Source of the DNA: a bacterium
GTDB taxonomy: Bacteria > Zhuqueibacterota > Zhuqueibacteria > Residuimicrobiales > Krinioviventaceae
Assembly (NCBI GenBank): GCA_963693055.1
Contig: OY843751.1
Coordinates: 416,001-480,000, forward strand
Direction of reading: 5' to 3'
DNA: 64,000 nucleotides
Shown: positions 59,574 to 64,000 of the stretch, piece after piece
Position numbering within the stretch: the stretch's first letter is position 1
Layout: each line of letters starts with the position of its first letter
Notes under the pieces: generated by a model
Told to the model about the DNA's origin: nothing
The model's input: the letters and a program-made list of their open reading frames with translations, nothing else
Database searches by the model: none
Made by a program: the position numbers and the translations under genes

Positions 59574-59900
59574 GTGAAAAAAACCGTTTTGGGATTAATT
59601 ACAGGGACGGTTCTGGGTTTACTGGACGGGGCGTCTGCAATATTTATCCCTGAAGCCAAAGAAATGTTAATGTTTATTATTGTCTTTGCCACCCTGAAAG
59701 GTACAATAACAGGATTACTGGGCGGGATAGCAAGTAGGAAATTGAATAAAACATTACTTTGCGTTTTGGCAGGAGGAGGGATTGGATTGATATTATCATT
59801 CCTGACTGCTTTGCAATCCGGTTCGTTTATGGTTATTGTGCTGCCTGGTACTGTGTTGGGATTTGTTGTTGGGTATGTAACCGCTAAATGGGGCAAGTAG
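59574..59900 (+). CDS. Small Gly-rich 4-TM membrane protein
   Basis: SD ggaggt before GTG; four hydrophobic helices with GxxxG motifs. Confidence 0.75.
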   Translation: MKKTVLGLITGTVLGLLDGASAIFIPEAKEMLMFIIVFATLKGTITGLLGGIASRKLNKTLLCVLAGGGIGLILSFLTALQSGSFMVIVLPGTVLGFVVGYVTAKWGK

Positions 59901-59979
59901 TTATCAAAAGAATGATTTTGGAAGAATAATAGTATTTTCATTGTAACCCACTTCCCGGAGCTGGGTCTGTAAAATAAAA

Positions 59980-60032
59980 AACCGGTGCTTTGATACGTCC
60001 CGAAGCAAGTTCGGGACACTCTGCAACCGGTT
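59980..60032. repeat. REP-like nested palindrome between convergent genes
   Basis: aaccggt...gtcccgaa-gcaag-ttcgggac...accggtt. Confidence 0.5.
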
Positions 60033-60083
60033 AATGAATGATCGTGAAGGAGATAAGCAAAGCGTTCTCCGTCACGGAGAAAT

Positions 60084-61733
60084 CTATTTCTGTTCTACAA
60101 ATTGCGCTCGTAGTGCGACCTTGTTCACTTTACCAACACTGGTTTTGGGAATTGCTTCAGCGCGTTTGACCTTTATGGTAATCGCTTCGCGCGGCACCCT
60201 ACCGGCATCCACTGCGGCTTTGACCAGTTTTACAATCTCCCTGTCGCTGAATTCCGCATCCGGTTTTGGTATTAGGATTGCCATGGGGACTTCACCCCAG
60301 CTTTCATCAGGATATCCGATAACTGCTACTTCGGCAACGCCTTCGTGTTTGGCAATCACATCTTCCAGTTCGAGCGAGCTGAGCCATTCGCCGCCAACCT
60401 TGATCACGTCCTTGGTGCGATCAGTGATACGGAAACTGTTGTTTTCATCAATGCAGGAAACATCGTTAGTATGCATCCAGCCGCCTGCCCACAACTGTTC
60501 GGAATGGGTATGGTCTTTGAGATACCCCTGGGTCAGGTACGGGGTACGCATCACGATCTCGCCCTGGGTCTTGTCGTCACGTGGTACATCGTTGCCGTTT
60601 TCATCCACAACGCGCATTTGTGCCAGACCTATGGGTTTTCCGGTACGACAGCGGATTTTAGCCTGTTCCTCAAAAGAGAGAGCCAGCTCTTTGTCTTTTA
60701 ATTGCGAGAGCGAAACCACGGGACACGTTTCAGACATGCCATAACCACCATACACATCAATGCCGCGTTTGAGTCCCTCAATACAAATGGATTTGTTGAG
60801 TGCAGCGCCGCCAATAATGCAGGTCCAGTTCGAGAGATCATATTTTGCGGCTTCCGGATCTTTTAAAAGCATGTTTAGAATAGTGGGTACACAATGGCTG
60901 AATGTGACCTTGTGTGTAAGCAGCAGCTTTAACAGCATGGACGGAACATATTTACCGGGATACACCTGTTTAACACCCAAAAAAGTGGCCATATATGGCA
61001 CACCCCAGGCATGAACATGAAACATGGGGGTGATGGGCATATAAACCGATTCCCGGTGAAACCGTCCCTGCGTAGAGGGGGTTGACAGTGAAGTCAGAGA
61101 CGCAAGTGTGTGTAAAACCAGCTGCCGGTGCGAGAAATAAACGCCTTTGGGGAACCCGGTAGTGCCGGTTGTGTAAAAAGTTGTGGCGCGCGTGTTTTCA
61201 TCAAAGTCGGGGAAATCATATGTTGGAGAAGCCTTGGCAAGCAGTTCTTCATACTCGCCTTCAAATTGAAGATGGTTTTCGGCCACCTCTCCTCCATCCT
61301 CGATGAGAACGAATTTCCGGTCTTCAATAATGCGTCCTTTGACCGCTTCCAGCAGGGGAACAAAGTCGGCATGACAGACAATCACATCGTCTTCAGCATG
61401 CTCAATAGTATAGACCAGTTGATCGGGGGACAGGCGCACATTGATCGTGTGCAAAACCGCTCCCATCATGGGCACAGCGTAATAGGCTTCCAGATAGCGA
61501 TGCGAGTCCCAATCCATAAACGCAACCGTATCTCCCGGTTTTACGCCCAGATCTGCCAGTGCGTTAGCCAACCTGTGCACCCGTTCTTTCCAGGTTTTAT
61601 AGGTCAGGGTCACCTGGTCGCGATAAACGATCTCCTGATCGGGATCATAATCGGCCGGGGCGTCAAAAAGTTGCTTGATCAACAGGGGGTACTCGTATGC
61701 CAATGGATTTTTTTCAATCATGTTCACCACCAT
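60084..61733 (-). CDS. Fatty-acid--CoA ligase (AMP-binding, AlkK/DmdB-like)
   Basis: YTTGTTGFPKG, PMFHVHAWG, GYGMSET, DRTKDVIKVGGEW, PKTSVGK. Confidence 0.93.
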   Translation of the reverse strand: MVVNMIEKNPLAYEYPLLIKQLFDAPADYDPDQEIVYRDQVTLTYKTWKERVHRLANALADLGVKPGDTVAFMDWDSHRYLEAYYAVPMMGAVLHTINVRLSPDQLVYTIEHAEDDVIVCHADFVPLLEAVKGRIIEDRKFVLIEDGGEVAENHLQFEGEYEELLAKASPTYDFPDFDENTRATTFYTTGTTGFPKGVYFSHRQLVLHTLASLTSLSTPSTQGRFHRESVYMPITPMFHVHAWGVPYMATFLGVKQVYPGKYVPSMLLKLLLTHKVTFSHCVPTILNMLLKDPEAAKYDLSNWTCIIGGAALNKSICIEGLKRGIDVYGGYGMSETCPVVSLSQLKDKELALSFEEQAKIRCRTGKPIGLAQMRVVDENGNDVPRDDKTQGEIVMRTPYLTQGYLKDHTHSEQLWAGGWMHTNDVSCIDENNSFRITDRTKDVIKVGGEWLSSLELEDVIAKHEGVAEVAVIGYPDESWGEVPMAILIPKPDAEFSDREIVKLVKAAVDAGRVPREAITIKVKRAEAIPKTSVGKVNKVALRAQFVEQK

Positions 61734-61771
61734 AATTTTGGGTTTTTATATTGAATGATTTGCTTTTTCAT

Positions 61772-61818
61772 TGTCAATTTGACGGGTTTTCGATGGATTT
61801 AACATACGTAAAATAAGG
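61772..61818 (+). repeat. 47-bp direct repeat, copy A
   Basis: tgtcaatttgacgggttttcgatggatttaacatacgtaaaataagg; 40/47 identical to copy B by manual ungapped alignment. Confidence 0.85.
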
Positions 61819-61914
61819 GATTGATATTAAAAGCACAATGCAAAAAATGAATATTTTTCAGTTTTTCGCTGGGGATGAGAGAGGACGAGTAAAAGTTTTG
61901 ATCATGAAATTTTC

Positions 61915-61943
61915 TTGACAAAAATGGATTTTTTGAGTACTCT
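61915..61943 (+). promoter_or_regulatory. Candidate sigma70 promoter of the hydrolase gene
   Basis: TTGACA, 17-bp spacer, TACTCT. Confidence 0.5.
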
Positions 61944-62091
61944 TTGAAATATATAATACATGATTTGTAATAATATTTGCTTTACATGGGATAGTTTATT
62001 GCCTGTGGATTTTTGCTGTGAATATGAAAAGTTCTATAGATCGGATAAGACGGGCCTTGCAAGGCATGAAACGATTTGTAAAGGATCAATA

Positions 62092-62904
62092 ATGAAGATT
62101 AGATTAGTCATTTTTTTATTTTTTGTCGCCACCACATTTGCACATGCCAGCGATAGTTTATTTGGTAATTTTGAAATGATCGAATTCGAATTCAAGGGGC
62201 ATGATGCTAAAATCGTATTTCCGAATGAACCGAACAGTAATGGATACTGGATATGGCGGGCCCGTTTTTGGGGACACGAGCCGCAGCTTGATATTCAATT
62301 GCTTGAACGCGGATTCCATGTTGCTTTTGTTGATGTCGGTGGAATGTTTGGCAGTCCCGAAGCGGTAGCGTTGTGGAACGCGTTTTATGATTTTATCACT
62401 AAAAAATATAATTTGAACACCCGTGTTGTGCTTGAGGGTATGAGTAGAGGAGGTTTAATTGTTTACAATTGGGCGTCTCAAAATACGGATAAAGTGTTTT
62501 GCATTTATGCGGATGCTCCTGTGTGTGATATAAAAAGCTGGCCGGGGGGATTGTTCAAGGGGCAGGGAAGTCCTGCGGATTGGCAGCAATGTTTAGCCGC
62601 CTATAATTTGAATGAGGAATCTGTTTTAACTTTTGAGGGAAATCCTGTTTCGACGTGCGTTAATGTTGCTAAGGCTCATATTCCGGTAATCCATGTTTGC
62701 GGTGATTCAGACACGGTTGTTCTCTATAAAGAAAATACAGAGATTCTGGCCGAAAAATTTAGGGAAGCTGGTGGAACTATCGAAATTATTTTAAAGCCGG
62801 GAGTTGGCCATCATCCGCATTCGCTTGAGGACCCCAAGCCCATTGTAGATTTTATCTTGAAAAGTGTCTCAAAAATGGAAGCAGAGATTTTTGATAAAAA
62901 TTGA
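62092..62904 (+). CDS. Secreted alpha/beta hydrolase (esterase-like)
   Basis: Signal peptide MKIRLV...AHA; WIWRARFWGHEP, GMSRGG elbow, GDSDTVV, GVGHHPHSL. Confidence 0.85.
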   Translation: MKIRLVIFLFFVATTFAHASDSLFGNFEMIEFEFKGHDAKIVFPNEPNSNGYWIWRARFWGHEPQLDIQLLERGFHVAFVDVGGMFGSPEAVALWNAFYDFITKKYNLNTRVVLEGMSRGGLIVYNWASQNTDKVFCIYADAPVCDIKSWPGGLFKGQGSPADWQQCLAAYNLNEESVLTFEGNPVSTCVNVAKAHIPVIHVCGDSDTVVLYKENTEILAEKFREAGGTIEIILKPGVGHHPHSLEDPKPIVDFILKSVSKMEAEIFDKN

Positions 62905-62918
62905 GCAGGATTAAGAAC

Positions 62919-62965
62919 TGTAAATTTGATGGGTTTTTGATGGTTTTAACATACGTTAAGTATGG
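62919..62965 (+). repeat. 47-bp direct repeat, copy B
   Basis: tgtaaatttgatgggtttttgatggttttaacatacgttaagtatgg, 14 bp after the hydrolase stop codon. Confidence 0.85.
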
Positions 62966-63210
62966 TATAAGATCGCCCGGCATATTGATGCCTGGCGGAA
63001 CATTTATCAGGACATTTGTCCTGATGTATGATTCAATGTGCGGGACGGATGTCCCGGAAAAATATTCCGCGATGCAGGGAGCTGCATTGCGATTACGTTT
63101 AATAACGCCATTCCAGCTACCCTTTATCCCAAAATGTAAACAATTCCGGGTGAAAACCTGTTGCTTCCCAGCATAAATTTCTGTATTTTAGCATCTTGAA
63201 CGAGATTATT

Positions 63211-63942
63211 ATGCCGAAATCGACTGATCAACATATTGACAATACAGCCAAGGCCGAAAGCTGGCGTATGTTTGACCGCATATCCGGGCGGTACGACCTG
63301 CTCAACCGGCTGCTGTCCCTGCGTATTGATAAAAGCTGGCGCAAACGCATGCTCCGTCATCTGCCGCAACGAGCAGGACTCACCATTCTGGATACCGCTA
63401 CAGGTACCGGAGATGTTTTACTGACCCTGGCCCAAAGCGCATTTGTAAGGCGAGGAATTGGCATAGACCCGGCGCAGGAAATGCTTGCCGTAGGTCGTGA
63501 AAAGATTGCAAAACAGGAACTGAATGACAGCCTCACCCTGCTGCCCGCGAACGCGCTCGATCTGCCGGTCAAAGACAATGGCGTGGATGTGGTGACCATA
63601 TCTTTTGGTATCCGGAATGTTCCGGATGTGCCGCGCGCGCTGCAAGAGATGCATCGGGTGCTGAATGAAAAGGGCAGGTTGATGGTGCTCGAGTTTTCGC
63701 TGCCCGGCAATAAAATTATACGGAATATGTATCTGCTCTATTTTCGTTATATATTACCGAAAATTGGTGCGTGGATTTCCGGTGATGCCGGCGCGTATGG
63801 CTATTTGAACAAATCGGTTGAAGATTTTCCATATGGCAATGCATTTGCAAAACTGCTGTTTGAGGCAGGATTTTACAAGGTCTCTGTTAATCCCCTGACC
63901 CTGGGCATTGCAACTTTATATATTGCTGATAAAAAGAAATAA
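63211..63942 (+). CDS. ubiE: Demethylmenaquinone methyltransferase UbiE/MenG
   Basis: MFDRIS.RYDLLNRLLS...D..WR, LDTATGTGD, SFGIRNV, LEFS.P, AYGYL..SV. Confidence 0.93.
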   Translation: MPKSTDQHIDNTAKAESWRMFDRISGRYDLLNRLLSLRIDKSWRKRMLRHLPQRAGLTILDTATGTGDVLLTLAQSAFVRRGIGIDPAQEMLAVGREKIAKQELNDSLTLLPANALDLPVKDNGVDVVTISFGIRNVPDVPRALQEMHRVLNEKGRLMVLEFSLPGNKIIRNMYLLYFRYILPKIGAWISGDAGAYGYLNKSVEDFPYGNAFAKLLFEAGFYKVSVNPLTLGIATLYIADKKK

Positions 63943-64000
63943 GCAGAGGATTTTTTGACTACCTTTGATGCCCTGAAACAGAACATTTCAGATGAATTAA

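Noticed and set aside
60034-61754. Long plus-strand ORFs (236 aa and 208 aa) opposite the acyl-CoA ligase, and similar nested ORFs elsewhere
   Set aside because: They are antisense or alternate-frame shadows of well-supported genes and have no domain signatures.
1-64000. Genome-wide TAA recoding
   Set aside because: TAA ends many conserved genes at their expected C-termini (holB, glyQS, ilvD, leuC, recO).

Overview
64-kb bacterial chromosomal window of roughly 40% GC by eye. T9SS-type 'YPNP(F)N' C-terminal domains, a PorV-like gene, class II GlyQS and sigma70-like promoters suggest an FCB-group lineage such as KSB1 or Calditrichota (inference only). Layout: (1) a BlaI-family repressor with its own operator, divergent from a 2547-aa modular surface protein with four near-identical 369-bp repeats and a GH99-like domain; (2) an accessory block with T9SS-related genes, a degenerate ATPase and two genes each split by one in-frame TAA; (3) a housekeeping block pfp/pheA and envC-holB-ricT-metG-tatD-rsmA-mgtE-recO-glyQS; (4) an AT-rich island with a complete IS5-family element (17-bp IRs, 6-bp target duplication) just upstream of a secreted protein gene; (5) ppk2, DUF1593, an esterase and a GH43, separated by repeat- and hairpin-rich spacers; (6) ilvD-ilvB-leuC-leuD behind an unannotated 54-aa Ile/Leu/Val-rich leader peptide; (7) a tail of single genes: MCP, PhoD, an ABC-F with an upstream ORF, sulfatase, pirin, GH114-like protein, acyl-CoA ligase, a hydrolase flanked by 47-bp direct repeats, and ubiE. 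I saw no rRNA, tRNA, CRISPR array or prophage. No single large novel system is proven. The best leads are the leader-peptide control elements, the repeat-flanked single-gene module, two apparent pseudo-enzymes and the recurring in-frame TAA codons.
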